Below, in pieces: positions 41,874 through 54,137 of a stretch of DNA of 64,000 nucleotides; position 1 is the first letter of the stretch, and the number at the start of each line of letters is the position of its first letter. Under the pieces are notes generated by a model. The model was not told the origin of the DNA. It saw nothing but the letters and a program-made list of their open reading frames with translations, and searched no databases. Source of the stretch: Octopus sinensis (Eukaryota). Position numbers and translations under genes: made by a program. The stretch covers positions 49,042,001 through 49,106,000 of the forward strand of contig NC_043007.1 of NCBI RefSeq assembly GCF_006345805.1, given 5' to 3'.

Positions 41874-42720
41874 CTAGCATTAAAGACCCGTCGTTGCCGG
41901 GTCATAGTGCTAGTGCATGTATATATGTGTACATATTACATGTACATCTATATATATATACATCTACACATAAAATGCAAAATACAAAGTTATATCTTGA
42001 TATCGCTAGTGATAACAATACTCAATATATAACAGACTGGAATTGTTAGCTCTTCTTTTTTCTCTACATTGTATACTTTATAGACAATAGTCTTTTCTTT
42101 AATTTAATTTTTTATTATCCATTTGGACTATTCCATTTCTGCACGCTAATTATATTTTTAATTTATTCCCATTCATGTGAAACCAATTATTCAAGTGCAA
42201 ATCATTGATGCAATTTTATACTAATTGCTATTTTTACTTTTGTATGTTACGATTATATTATATTTTAGTTTGATTTTAATTATTACTTACTACATATAAT
42301 TCAATTGTTATTATTATTTTTATTGTTAAAGTGAAAGCAGCTGACATAAAACAGAGAAATATTTTTGTTTCACTTTTAACATGTAATACTGAAATAGTGG
42401 AGAATATATGATATTGCTATGGGCTCGCTCTAGGCAAGAAGTTGAACATTTTTTTTGCCCATGAAACTACATGGACCCTAAGTAAGGCATGTGTAAAATT
42501 TGAATGAAATTGGTTGTGTAGTTCTCTAGTTTTAGGGAATCGTAGTGGAGAAGATATGATATTGCTGTGGGCTCGCCCTAGGCAAAAAGTTAAAAATTTG
42601 TTTTGCCGATGACACTCCCCAGACCCTAAGTAAGACATGTGTAAAATTTGAATGAAATTGGTTGTTTAGTTCTCAAGTTTTAGGGTAACACACAGACAGA
42701 CAGACACACATTTCTTTACT
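41874..42720 (-). mobile_element. Probable non-autonomous Helitron with a ~145-bp internal tandem repeat (42397-42690)
   Basis: Minus-strand 3' end gacccggcaacgacgggtc-tttaatg-CTAG|t at 41874; 5' part with tgtctgtctgt and ccaatttcattcaaatttt motifs. Confidence 0.6.
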
Positions 42721-42978
42721 TGAAGAAATGGACCCTAGGAATAATAATAATAATGATAATAATATTATTAGTAGCAATAGTGGCAATGGTAATAGTAATG
42801 ATGGTAATATTAATGTATGTATATTGCTGTATATTATTATGTATATGTATATATATATATAGGAGTATGGGTATATGCATTCATATGTATGTGTATATTA
42901 TATATTATGGGTATGTACCCACTCTTGTATGGGTGTACCTCCTCTGATATTCATATTTAGTTTAGTTTGTACTTTATA

Positions 42979-43095
42979 ATCTCTGAAGAGGCCTTGGGAT
43001 ATTTTTGTAAGTGTCTCATTTATTAACTTATCACACATGGCTAATATGAGCATAATGAGATACCCATATCTACATGGCTGAAACAGCTGTAAGAT
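42979..43095 (+). ncRNA. Type I hammerhead ribozyme with complete core and ~90-nt helix II
   Basis: AUCU-CUGAAGA-GGCC...GGCU-GAAAC-AGCU-GUA^AGAU; predicted cut after 43091; G.U at 10.1/11.1. Confidence 0.75.
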
Positions 43096-43304
43096 GTAGT
43101 TTATATTTATATTTGTATTTATTTATATTCACTTATACATACTGTACTTAATGTATCATATTAATCATTGATGCACATTGTTTTGTTCTATACTATTATG
43201 TTTGACCTTGATGTTCATATGTAGTGGTTTAATAAATTATGAGATTGAGTATTATCTGGTAGTTTATTATTGATTAAGGTGTATTTCTCCATTTTCTTAT
43301 TTTG

Positions 43305-43353
<49 letters not shown>

Positions 43354-43409
43354 CGTCTGTGTGTATATGTGTATGTATATATATGTATACATGTATGCAT
43401 ATATGTATC

Positions 43410-43512
<103 letters not shown>

Positions 43513-43960
43513 AGAGAGAAAGTAATAACGAGTGAATGAGAATAACGACGAAGGATTAAAAAATAATTGAAAATGAAATAAAACTGAAGCCAAAACATTA
43601 AAAAATATTGAAAGTGGGTAGAAATAAACACTACGGAGTGTAGTAGTACTATCCTAGGGTATCTGTAGAAAGTTGAATGTGATTTCGGAATATAACAAGG
43701 AAATAAGGACCTTGGGAATTTTCCGAAAGTCCTCTCCCCACCTCAAGATTTTCCCCACAAATTACTTTATAGTCATAATGTATATCGTTTCAAAGGTATT
43801 TATATAAAATTTCATTGAAAAAAACCCATTTTCCTAAAAGTTATAAGGGAAAAACTCGGATTTTCTGAATTTTCCGAAGTCCTCTTTCCACTTCACTTGG
43901 AAAAGATTTTCCCCACAAATTTCTTTATAATTGTAATGTATGCCGTTTGAAAGGTATTTC

Positions 43961-44348
43961 GGATCTTTTCGGTTTGATCGGCAGTTTTTTCTAGCGGTGT
44001 CATATGAAATTGTCACCCATAATTATGACACTATCGATCTATTGCATTTCAATCTGTTTTAGGGTTAGGGTTAGGGGTGGGGGAAGGGTTTCTTTTTTTT
44101 CTTCAGAAATGTAAATAAACCAAATCTGTTTCTTAAACGAGGGACATATTCATACGGCACAGAATGTTTTCATCTCAACAGACGTCATTGATTGGTTGAA
44201 ATTGCAGAAATTGAAGAAAAAAACAACAAATATCTTACAAAAGAGAAAAAGATGTTTTATAAACACATTCTACCTGTATACGAAGTTTAAAAGTGTTAAG
44301 TTACATGGAAATTATTTTGAAAAACTGTCGATCAAACCGAAAAGATCC
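43961..44348. mobile_element. MITE with GG...CC TIRs and 8-bp TSD (Merlin-like)
   Basis: TIR ggatcttttcggtttgatcggcagtttt / aaaactgtcgatcaaaccgaaaagatcc; perfect TSD ggtatttc at 43953-43960 and 44349-44356. Confidence 0.88.
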
Positions 44349-45516
44349 GGTATTTCTATAAAATTTCATTGAAAATACGCCGTTTTGCTAAAAGTTATGG
44401 GAGAACAGCTCTTCAAGTTTAAAATGAGACTTTGCGGGTATAAATAATTTCGTTATATCTATATCCCACAACACATAAATGCCTAAAAATAGAACAGGCA
44501 CACACAGAGACACAGACAAAAACAAGCACGCACACACAACCCATTAGCTTTCTTCTCCTCCTCCCATTTCAGGAACTTTCTGGAAGTTATGAGGGGAAAA
44601 AATCGGATTGTGTGAATTTCCCGAAACTCCTCTCCTCACCCCTTCGGAGAAATTCTTTCCCATAAATCCTTATATACTCTGAATCCACGGTACCTAAGTG
44701 GTATTTGTTGAAATTTTCATGAAAAAGGATTCATTTTTCTGGAAGTTATAAGGCAACAAAGTCGTGGGAAGGGGTACACATATCTAGTTATGCCGACTCC
44801 AATATATTACGACTCTTTCTAACTCGAAAGGATGAAAAGGAAAGTTGATATGAAGGCGATATTTAAACTCAGAACGTAAAGAGACAGAGGAAATATTATC
44901 CAACAGAAGGATGGGGTAGCGAAAGACAAGCACGAATATCTGCTTACAGGTCAACGGGATCAGAAATGAGCTGGAGTTAAATAATAAAATCAACCACGAT
45001 ATACTTACAAAGAAAGTTAAGCGGTTAAAAAACAGAACAGTAGAGTGGGTGTGGTCGACTGTTCATCAGGTACTTGCTGGCACCACACAGTGATAAAACG
45101 CACCGTAAAACGCCTCTGTTTATAGCCTAGTTTTCTTCGTAAATACTAAAATAGTTTGAAACACTACACTAAATATAAAGCAGTTTGATAGTAGAGGGAC
45201 TGCTGATAAATATACAACTATGAAGGGAGGTAATGGGGCAAACATGAGTAAAAGTTGGAAATATATTTGCTTGAGTGCATTTTAATTAGATCCCATCGTA
45301 TGAAAAGTTCTGCTTAAACGAAGCGAGACGAAATGTTGTTAACCAATGGGATCTTTTCCCGGCAAATCCTACCAATGTAGGCATGTGTATATATTTGTCT
45401 CTTATCTATAAGACATGCTGTCTTATTACTTTATTATGCACCTACATATGTATATTATGCATCTGTTGAAATGTGTTGTGTGTGTGTGTGTGTGTGTGTC
45501 CATGTATGTTTAATTA

Positions 45517-45660
45517 TTGGGTTGGCAAGAAAGTAATTTCGTTTTTCGCAAATAGATAGGATTTTGGCAAAATTACGGCATGACTACCATTACTGTCAAA
45601 CTGAAGCACGTGCTTTTGTTTACATTTAAAGAAGATCGTCGCTTTCCGTAAATTAAAAGA
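45517..45660 (+). mobile_element. Mariner-type TIR fragment
   Basis: TA|ttgggttggcaagaaagtaatttcgttttt resembles mariner TIRs. Confidence 0.55.
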
Positions 45661-45769
45661 AATTTATTATATATGTGGGGTGGAGGAAGGGTATCCTTTC
45701 AAGTCGGCGTAAAAGCGAGACAGAGAGAGCGCGATTGGGTCGGGGAAGTTCTTTTGAAGTTGGCGTTCC

Positions 45770-45808
<39 letters not shown>

Positions 45809-47849
45809 TTACAATTTTGTTCCGGCTGCTAACTTTTTCTGTTGGCGGTTTAATGATCAGATTCATAGATGCGTTTTATTAATATTTTTTCGTTTATATT
45901 ATTAGTTTTGAATATAAATACAGGCCCGTAATTCAATTCTTGTTAGTATGAATCAAGAAGCCCTTAGATGCAGAGGCGTTTGGAACTTAAAATCTTTCAG
46001 TTTATTTTTCCGATTCACTCCAACTTCAAAAGATCTGATTTCCCCTCAACACCATATGTAAAAAATTTAAAAAATTTATGGAAATCGACGATCATCTTCA
46101 CAAATGTAAATAAACACACGTGGTTTGTAACTAGCAGTCGTGTGTTCTTGTAACGAAAGATCGTCAGGATTTTTTTAATGACTTTCGCCAACGTTATAAT
46201 ATTTCCCTTTTGACATTTGATTGCTATCCCTTCCCCTTCCCTCGACGAAACCTGGGAACATATTAATTGCATCTTAGTGGGAGCAGCATTATTAATGTTG
46301 CCAATATAAAATCACAATTTTATGCTAAATTTCAGTAGAATAAAATGTCAAAAAATACTTTTAAAATGGTAGATAAGAAAGAACAGAATGTTACAGTTCA
46401 AATATGAGGTGTGTGTGTGAGGCATAATGGGTAAATGGGTAACATAAGTAATTTCTAATTTCTTGTTATATTTTCCTTACCCATTTGAAATAATTACATT
46501 GCAAGTATTACATCACCATCTTGTATTCTTGCATCATCGTTGGGAATAAAAATTGGTCAGCATCATTGTTGTTGAAATTGAGAAAGTTTGAAACAGTCAG
46601 ATACTTTGTTTATCGAGAAACTTTTCTTCAGCTTTCATCTGGTTGCTAATAAAATACCCAACTAATATTTTGTTCTTAACATTCAAAATTCTTTACTCTG
46701 TTAGATTTCAAGTCAATTTTTCCCACACTAATGTCTAATTTGATAGTTTACAATTTTTAAAACATGATGTCTTAAGTGGGACAAAGTGAATAATGATTAA
46801 TTTCTATTTTTTTTTTCTTTTTAATAGAATGGTACCTAAATATATCAGGAAGAGAGCCACTCTAACAGATCATGAAGAAGCTAGTGAGAATATTTTTATG
46901 TTGAGTTTTTAGATTTAGTCAAGCTTTGCTAATTTGCTATGTGCCAAGATCCTTTTTGATATGACCTAGATATTTTAAACTTTTGTTGCATTTCTGATCC
47001 ATTTGATGTCTAAGGATGGATACTGATGCGTATGAATATTTTTCCAAATGTATATTTGAATAACTGACAAAGTAAATTTACCTTATCTTGGCTTACTCGT
47101 TTTGCCCCAGCTAAATTTGTCTTTCATATGCATGAAGAGAATGGAGATAATTTTCTGAAATAGTATTCTGAATATGTTATAGTGTTTTTAATGCATTTAG
47201 AGCTCATTTGCTTAGCTGATATAGTTTTTGTAAGATACTCTCTTTTAAATGTCTCAGTTATTTGACTGTGGCCATGCTGGAGCACTGTCTTTACTTGAAG
47301 AAATGGACCCTAGGACTTATTCTTTGTAAGCCTAGTACTATCGCAATCCTTAACATTTATGTATTAACCTTGTTGGGTACTTCACTAGCAGTATATTGGA
47401 TATATGTTATCCCATGGAGGGTTGCATTTACAACCCCTATCTCAATTTGTATGTATATATATAAAGCTTCTTATCACACATGCATGTCTGTGCCTGTGAA
47501 CAATTATAAACTGTTCTTTCTCGTCAAAAAGGTAGTAAATATTACTCATTGTGCCCCACCCTTATTATAATAAAGGGATTTTTTTTTACATTTTTAATTA
47601 TATTCCTTAATCTATATTCAGCATTGATAAATAATTTCTTCATTTTCACAATTTCAGCTTCACTGATTTAATTTCACTTTCAATTTCTTTAATTTTAACT
47701 TCAGCTGCAGTCTCTGGGTCTTGACTTTTGTATACATCCAAGGTCCCAATCTTGTTAGATACAGGTTTTGAAATATCAAAAGTTTTGCAGCATTTGAGCT
47801 ATCATTTTAGGTCATATTTTACAGAAAGCGTTGCCTGAAAGAATTTTAG

Positions 47850-48195
47850 TTGAACAAACTGACCCGAGTACTTACTTTTCTTTTAAGCCTGATACTTATT
47901 CTAATGGTCTTTTTTGCTGAACCACTAAGTTATGTGGATATAAATGCACCAATACTGATTGTCAAACAGAGGGGGGGGGGGGGACAAAGACACACACAAA
48001 ACCCCTCCCCCACACATAGAATGGGATTCTTTCAGTTTTCATCTTCCAAATTCACTCACAAAGCTTTGGTTGGCCCAAGGCTATAATGGAAAACACTTGT
48101 CCAAGCTACTATGCAGTAGGACTCTCAGCAAATGAGACTGAACTTGGAACCATGTGGTTGGGAAGCAAACTTCTTACCACACAGCAATGCTGGTG
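47850..48195 (-). mobile_element. tRNA-derived SINE (58362 family)
   Basis: ctcacaaagctttggttggcccaaggctataa...gaacttggaaccatgtggttgggaagcaaacttcttaccacacagc. A further tail fragment lies at ~47255-47340. Confidence 0.8.
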
Positions 48196-48269
48196 CCTAA
48201 TGGCAAATTTTGCAACATCCCTAAAATGATTTCCTCCAATGGCATTTTTATAAATCCAAAAATATAAAC

Positions 48270-49210
48270 CTTAATACCTCAGTATTTTAGGTATTCATCA
48301 ATTTAATTAAATGGATGCTATTTAAACTAAATTTCAATAGATGCAATTTTTTTTTCATTTAAATTCATTCCTTTTAAGACAGAAAAAATTGGCTCTTTTG
48401 AATGCTTCATAGTATTTTTTGCTGAAAACCATTTGATATTCCTCAGTATCTGAAAGGTTACTGGTAAACATTGCTTGAGCACTTTATACAGGTAGAGTAA
48501 AAATTGTTGTACTCTTTTATGAATATTATTTCCTTTGTTAGCTGTTACAGTCTTCTTGATTATCATTTCTGTTATCTTTCTCTTGAACCTGTTGCTTAAA
48601 TTTGGTTTAGGATTAAAAATTTCTTCAATATACGCATTAGGACCAATTGTATATGTTAACAATACTACCATATTAGCAATAGATTTGAAAGATCTTCAAG
48701 TAACTTTGTTTTATCAACAGTTTGATTGAAACTTTTTGTTTGCTTCTTGAACATGTTTTAGAACTGGATACAAAAATAAAATGGAAATTCATTCCTAGGA
48801 TCACAAAACATTTTGTATATTGTTTGAGCTGTAAAGCACTTTTCTTTTGGACTTGTAGTTTGGAAACAAGTTTATAATTCAAATTATAATGGCTTAAAAT
48901 TCTACTTACAGCTGGTTCTTTTGAAAGCCACCTAGATGCATAAGAGTTTATAATCTTCAAGGGCTCCTTATCATTGATTGCAAAGTAAAACTGCTTGTAG
49001 GTTCTTTGACCAGTTGCAGAGTGAGAAATACTAAAAAGTCTAAGTTTCTAGGCAGGCATTCAGCACAAGTGAGGGATACTGACAACTGTAGAGAATGACA
49101 TAAACATTTAGATAAAAGTAATGATGAAACTTCCTCTCTTAATTTCTGGAAAACACCATTGTTGATTTCTACTGTTACACTGGTATTGTTGGTTCCTATG
49201 GCCAGCAAAT
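48270..49210 (-). mobile_element. hAT transposase remnant (ZNF862/Tip100-like)
   Basis: AIGTNNTSV..INNGVFQKLREEV..LLLSKCLCHSLQL, LPRNLDFL, LKIINSYASRWLSKEPAVSRIL; many stops. Confidence 0.75.
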
Positions 49211-52059
49211 TTTATGTAGAGAACTCAGGTGTTGACATGAGTTATCTTTCCATCCCTGCATTTGGTTGGGGTTGAAAAAGTAACAATAAAGTACAAACTT
49301 TGGAGTATTGTGAAAGTGAAAGAAAAAAATTCAACAACAAGTGATAGTACTAAAAGGAAAGATGAGTAAAACAAGTAGAAAAAAAAGAAGAAAAAGAGAA
49401 GATAGAAAAAGATCAACTATTGTGAAAATGTTATAATCAGAGAAAAATGCTAAAAACATGTAAAATAAATGTTTTCAAAACTGTTAGTTTCCCTGCTAAA
49501 TGCTAAGATAAAATGCTAGACCTTGCATTAAAAATGCTAAATTGGTAACATTAGACAGCATGTTGAAGTCACACAATTCATGGCTCTCTGCTCTTACATG
49601 ATATAAATTTCCCCCTCCACATCACATAGAATTTGTGTCTCATGACTTTCTACATCACATGCCAGGAAGTTGACTCCACCACCTTTTTGGTGATGTTCTT
49701 CTTAGTTTCACTGGAGTGGCTGTTGATAATGTCTTGAGTTTTCAGCACCAGCTCAGCTATCTTGTTGACATTTGTTTACTGAGAATGTTTCTGTCTTTTA
49801 GCCATGGACAACAAGTTCTTGTTAGAGGCCTCCAACTTTTTCCTGTTCCTGAGCACAAAAGTTCCGACCATGTTCATGAAGCTGATGGTCTCCTTATCAA
49901 TATAGTTAGTGGCTAGAGCCATCTGGATGGTATACTTTGTCAGAAACATTTATATGTATCAGCCATAGAATGTGTGAGATTTAGATCTTTTACTTGTATC
50001 AGTCATTAGACTGCAGCCATGCTGGGGGCACCACCTTGAAGAATTGTAATTGTTTAATTAATGATGAGTTGTTAAAGCTACAAATTTTGCAAATCAGGTT
50101 ATCTACAAACATGCTAGCCTAATTTGTAACTGCTTTATGTAGCAACTGATCTCTGCTATTGATTAGGGAAGGAAGCTGAGCCATCTTCTCTGAGGAATGA
50201 TCTACAAATTGTGAAATGCTTTGTCAGGAGACTCTGCTCTCTTGTTTCTATACATCAACAACATAGAAAGAATGGGCTTAAGTTAGGGTGAAACTGGAAT
50301 TTATGTAAGTTCTTTTAGTTTATGCTGTGTTGTTCATAAAAAAGATGTACTTTAATATATTTACATATGTTGAGAGTTTAATCAAGTATATTCTGTGGTT
50401 GTATTGTTAAAACTATTGCTTGATTACAGGTTCAATCCTGTTCTGTTTTTGTCACTTAGTCAAACTGTGAGTGTGTGGTGGTGGGGTGAGGGGAGACCAG
50501 TACCTCTGGGTGTTTTTGAGTGTTAGGGGAAAGGGGAGGAAACACCCTCAATGAGAAACCTGGTCCAAATGTTTGCAAAAGGTACTTCAAGTGACAAGTG
50601 GTGGTGATGATAATGACAGTGAAGGGTGGTGGTGGTGGTTGTGGTATTAAACCATGACACAAATTAACTTAAAAGATGCAAATATTCGGAGCAGACATCT
50701 TGCTTCAATGTCCTTACAATTCCACCGTCCAGCCATCTGCGACTGATACTTTATTCTATTGACACCAGAATGCTAAAAGGCAAAGTTAACCTCAGCAAGA
50801 TTTGAACTCAGAGTATAGAGATCTGGAACAATTACTGTTTGGCATTTTGTGCTCTGCTTCAGATATTTTACCACCGCCCCGCTCTACTAATCCATTGTAC
50901 TACTCTGATAATACACCATACCTCCCTGTCATTCTGCTACATCCCTTTGCAAATTTGCAGTATCTCAGTCATTTAGGTTGGACAATATGTTGTTAGTAAA
51001 ATTTGGCAGACGAAAACTGGGTGGTAGTTGCATGCAAGCACACGCATACGTGTGTATCTGTGCATGAATGGTTATAAAGTTCGCTTCCCAATTGTGAGAC
51101 CTTGCCATTGCCTAGTATTGATTGTCTTTGACCCCTTCCTTCGATACGTGCCCCAGGAATACACAGCTCTTTACATGTCAATTCAAGAAGTAGGCTGTTC
51201 TATTGATCATGCAATTAAAAGTATTCAATGTCAAAACCATGAGAGATGCCATTTTAATATTTATGTATAGTGGCATCTCTTTTGCCTATGTATATCGAGG
51301 AAGAGTGTAACCAACTTTTTAAAAATTGGTTTACAACTGGTATTCTTTGAAAGTAATCTCTTGCGATGTTTGTTTTGCACTGTGTTATAGCCACTACCTC
51401 TCACCTTCAGAAATGCAGTAAACCAATCAGTTGCACCAATGAAAACCAAGGATGTTGAACAATTCCAAAACACAAGAGTATTATTATAGTAGATTATCTC
51501 GGTAACCATGGAAGCTATGAAAAATACAAAGCCCAGGATCATTTTACACATCTGTGTAAATTTTCGCGCAATTCCACCCAGCCGTTTGACCATGAATCCC
51601 AAGACAAGAAAGAATCGCCCATGCCAAATTTATATGTATAGGTATATACATATAAATTAAAAACATTGACATTTTATTCATTGTGAACTTGTGTGGCTTA
51701 TTCACACTCAACTAATTTTTATTTTTTTATCTAGTTGCCACGAAGCTTCTCTCTTCTTCAAGGCAACTGTGAGTTTTTGAAAATAGGTAAGTCAACCAGA
51801 TTAAACAAGATAAAAAATGAAAAAAAAACAATAACAAAAAAAAATATTTATACTGTTGAAATTATATGGGGATAATGATAAGGTGACCGTATTTATTTAA
51901 GTTGAATTTGTGTGTGGTTCTCCTCAGATACATCTGTGGTCTCCTAGAAACATGCTGCGGTTCCTCAAATGTCCCATTTTTCTATTTAAAGCACATACAA
52001 AAATGGTATAGTACATTTGGGCAGCCATATAGCTCACATAGTTGAGAATCGCTGATTTA

Positions 52060-52073
52060 GTAGTAGTAGTAGT

Positions 52074-52107
<34 letters not shown>

Positions 52108-52118
52108 GCAGCAGTAGC

Positions 52119-52150
<32 letters not shown>
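52060..52150. repeat. (TAG)n(CAG)n(TAG)n compound trinucleotide repeat
   Basis: Direct reading. Confidence 0.95.
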
Positions 52151-52333
52151 GTGATAGTCGTTATTTAACCACAGGTCAGCCATGACCGAACAGAATATCT
52201 TCAGAAGTTACAACTTCAGCGCTTACTTATGCATCAACATCCACAGCCTCCCGAAACTCAGAAGTGGAAGTTAGCAGCAGTTGAACCCCTGACCGTTTGA
52301 ACCCATTCTTTCCTCAAGCATCGGAAGAGAAGG

Positions 52334-52653
52334 GGATCTTTTCCTTTTGAATGGCACTTTGTAACATAATTTCTAGGTAACTAAAAAGTTTTAAACTTCG
52401 TATACTGGTAGAATGTGTTTATAAAACATCATTTTCTCTTGGCTTTATTGAGAAAATTCTATAGTTTGTAAGATATTTCGTCTGAAATTACTCCCATTTC
52501 GGCAATTTTAACCAATCGCTGAAGTCCATTTAGGTAAATAACATTCTGTGCATAATGAATATGCCCCTCCTTTAAGAAACAGATTGGGTTTATTTACATT
52601 TGTGAAGAAAAAAAGATACCCTTCCCCAACCCCTTTTCAAAAGGAAAAGATCC
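52334..52653. mobile_element. Second Merlin-like MITE, related to 43961-44348 in opposite orientation
   Basis: TIR ggatcttttcctttt.gaa / ttcaaaaggaaaagatcc; TSD agagaagg / agaaaagg (7 of 8); internal sequence matches the reverse complement of ~44080-44310. Confidence 0.8.
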
Positions 52654-52689
52654 AGAAAAGGCCCTCCATTATGGGCAAATAGTCTCTTA

Positions 52690-53772
52690 TCTTCTTTATA
52701 TATAAAAGTGAGGTTGTGTGCTCCTACGATTTAGATTCCTAACTACTCCCACATTTTGCGGTGCAGTTTAACCAAAACCGGGTATCTTATAGTCGTGATT
52801 CATATCGAGCCCTTCTGGGTATTAGCGCGCGTCTACGATGAGTCTAAGATTTAAAAAAAAATTACCATAATTTTTTCCCATTTTTAAAGCATTTTTGGCA
52901 TATATAAGGGAAGTAACTCTCTAAAAATTTATTATTAAATCTCAGAAGGTAAAAAGCTACAGTAACACCCCTCCTTTGTGGTTAGCCATATTGAGATGGC
53001 TATTTTACTTTACATCTCTAAAAATGCTTATATAGTTATTTCCCTTACAAACCCGAGCAACGCCGGGCGATACTGCTAGTCATTATATATAAAAGTGAGG
53101 TTGTGTGCTGTCTGTCTCCTACGATTTAGATTCCTAACTACTCCCACATTTTGCGGTGCAGTTTAACCAAAACCGGGTATCTTATAGTCGTGATTCATAT
53201 CGAGCCCTTCTGGGTATTAGCGCACGTCTACGATGAGTCTACGATTAAAAAAAAAATTTACCATCAATTTTTCCCATTTTTAATGCATTTTTGGCATATA
53301 TAAGGGAAGTAACTCTCTAAAAATTTATTATTAAATCTCAGAACGTAAAAAGCTACAGCAACACCGTCCCCCTTTGTGGTTAGCCATATTGAGATGGCTA
53401 TTATACTTTACATCTCTAAAAATGAGTATATAGTTATTTCCCTTACAAACCCGAGCAACGCCGGGCGATACTGCTAGTTATATATAAAACTAAAGTTGTG
53501 TGTGTCTGTCTACTCCGATTTAGATTCCTAACTACTCCCACATTTTGCGGTGCAGTTTAACCAAAACCGGGTACCTTATAGTCGTGATTCATATCGAGCC
53601 CTTCTGGTATTAGCGCGCGTCTACGATGAGTCTACGATTAAAAAAATTTACCATCAATCTTTCCGCATTTTTAATGGTTTTTGCTCGGGTTATATAAGGG
53701 AAGTAACTCTCTAAAAATGCTTATATAGTTATTTCCCTTACACACCCGAGCAACGCCGGGCGATACTGCTAG
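52690..53772 (+). mobile_element. Head-to-tail trimer of Helitron family A
   Basis: Units ~52690-53079, 53080-53477 and 53478-53772, each ending in hairpin + CTAG; the third unit has a ~100-bp internal deletion. Confidence 0.93.
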
Positions 53773-54093
53773 TTTAAGATATGACTGTTAGGCAGTATAC
53801 TAACGAAACAATGGTGGAGACATTTTCTCTCTCAACCCGATCTTTTAGGAAGAAATTACAGTCAGTCAATTTTTAGGTGGCAATTGTTCATTCTGTCAAT
53901 AACCACTGCCAAGTTCCTGAGAATCTGGAGATCTTGACGATATTAGATCTCAACTATTATAAACAGTTTGGTACAAAATACTGGACGAGATGGGTTTGCT
54001 GAAGCGCAAGCCTACGATTATTTGAATTCAGCGTTCCAGCGTTCGATGTTATGATCATCACCCACGCGCACATGTTTGTGTGTGTGTGTGTGT

Positions 54094-54137
<44 letters not shown>

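Noticed and set aside
44061-44080. (TTAGGG)3 telomere-like hexamers
   Set aside because: Only three units, internal to a MITE; not an interstitial telomere.
46828-46885. Possible plus-strand mini-exon (polypyrimidine-AG ... GTGAGA)
   Set aside because: Splice-like signals only; no linked exons or recognisable peptide.
52060-52150. (CAG)n as polyglutamine exon
   Set aside because: Embedded in (TAG)n stop-rich repeats with no surrounding ORF or splice context.
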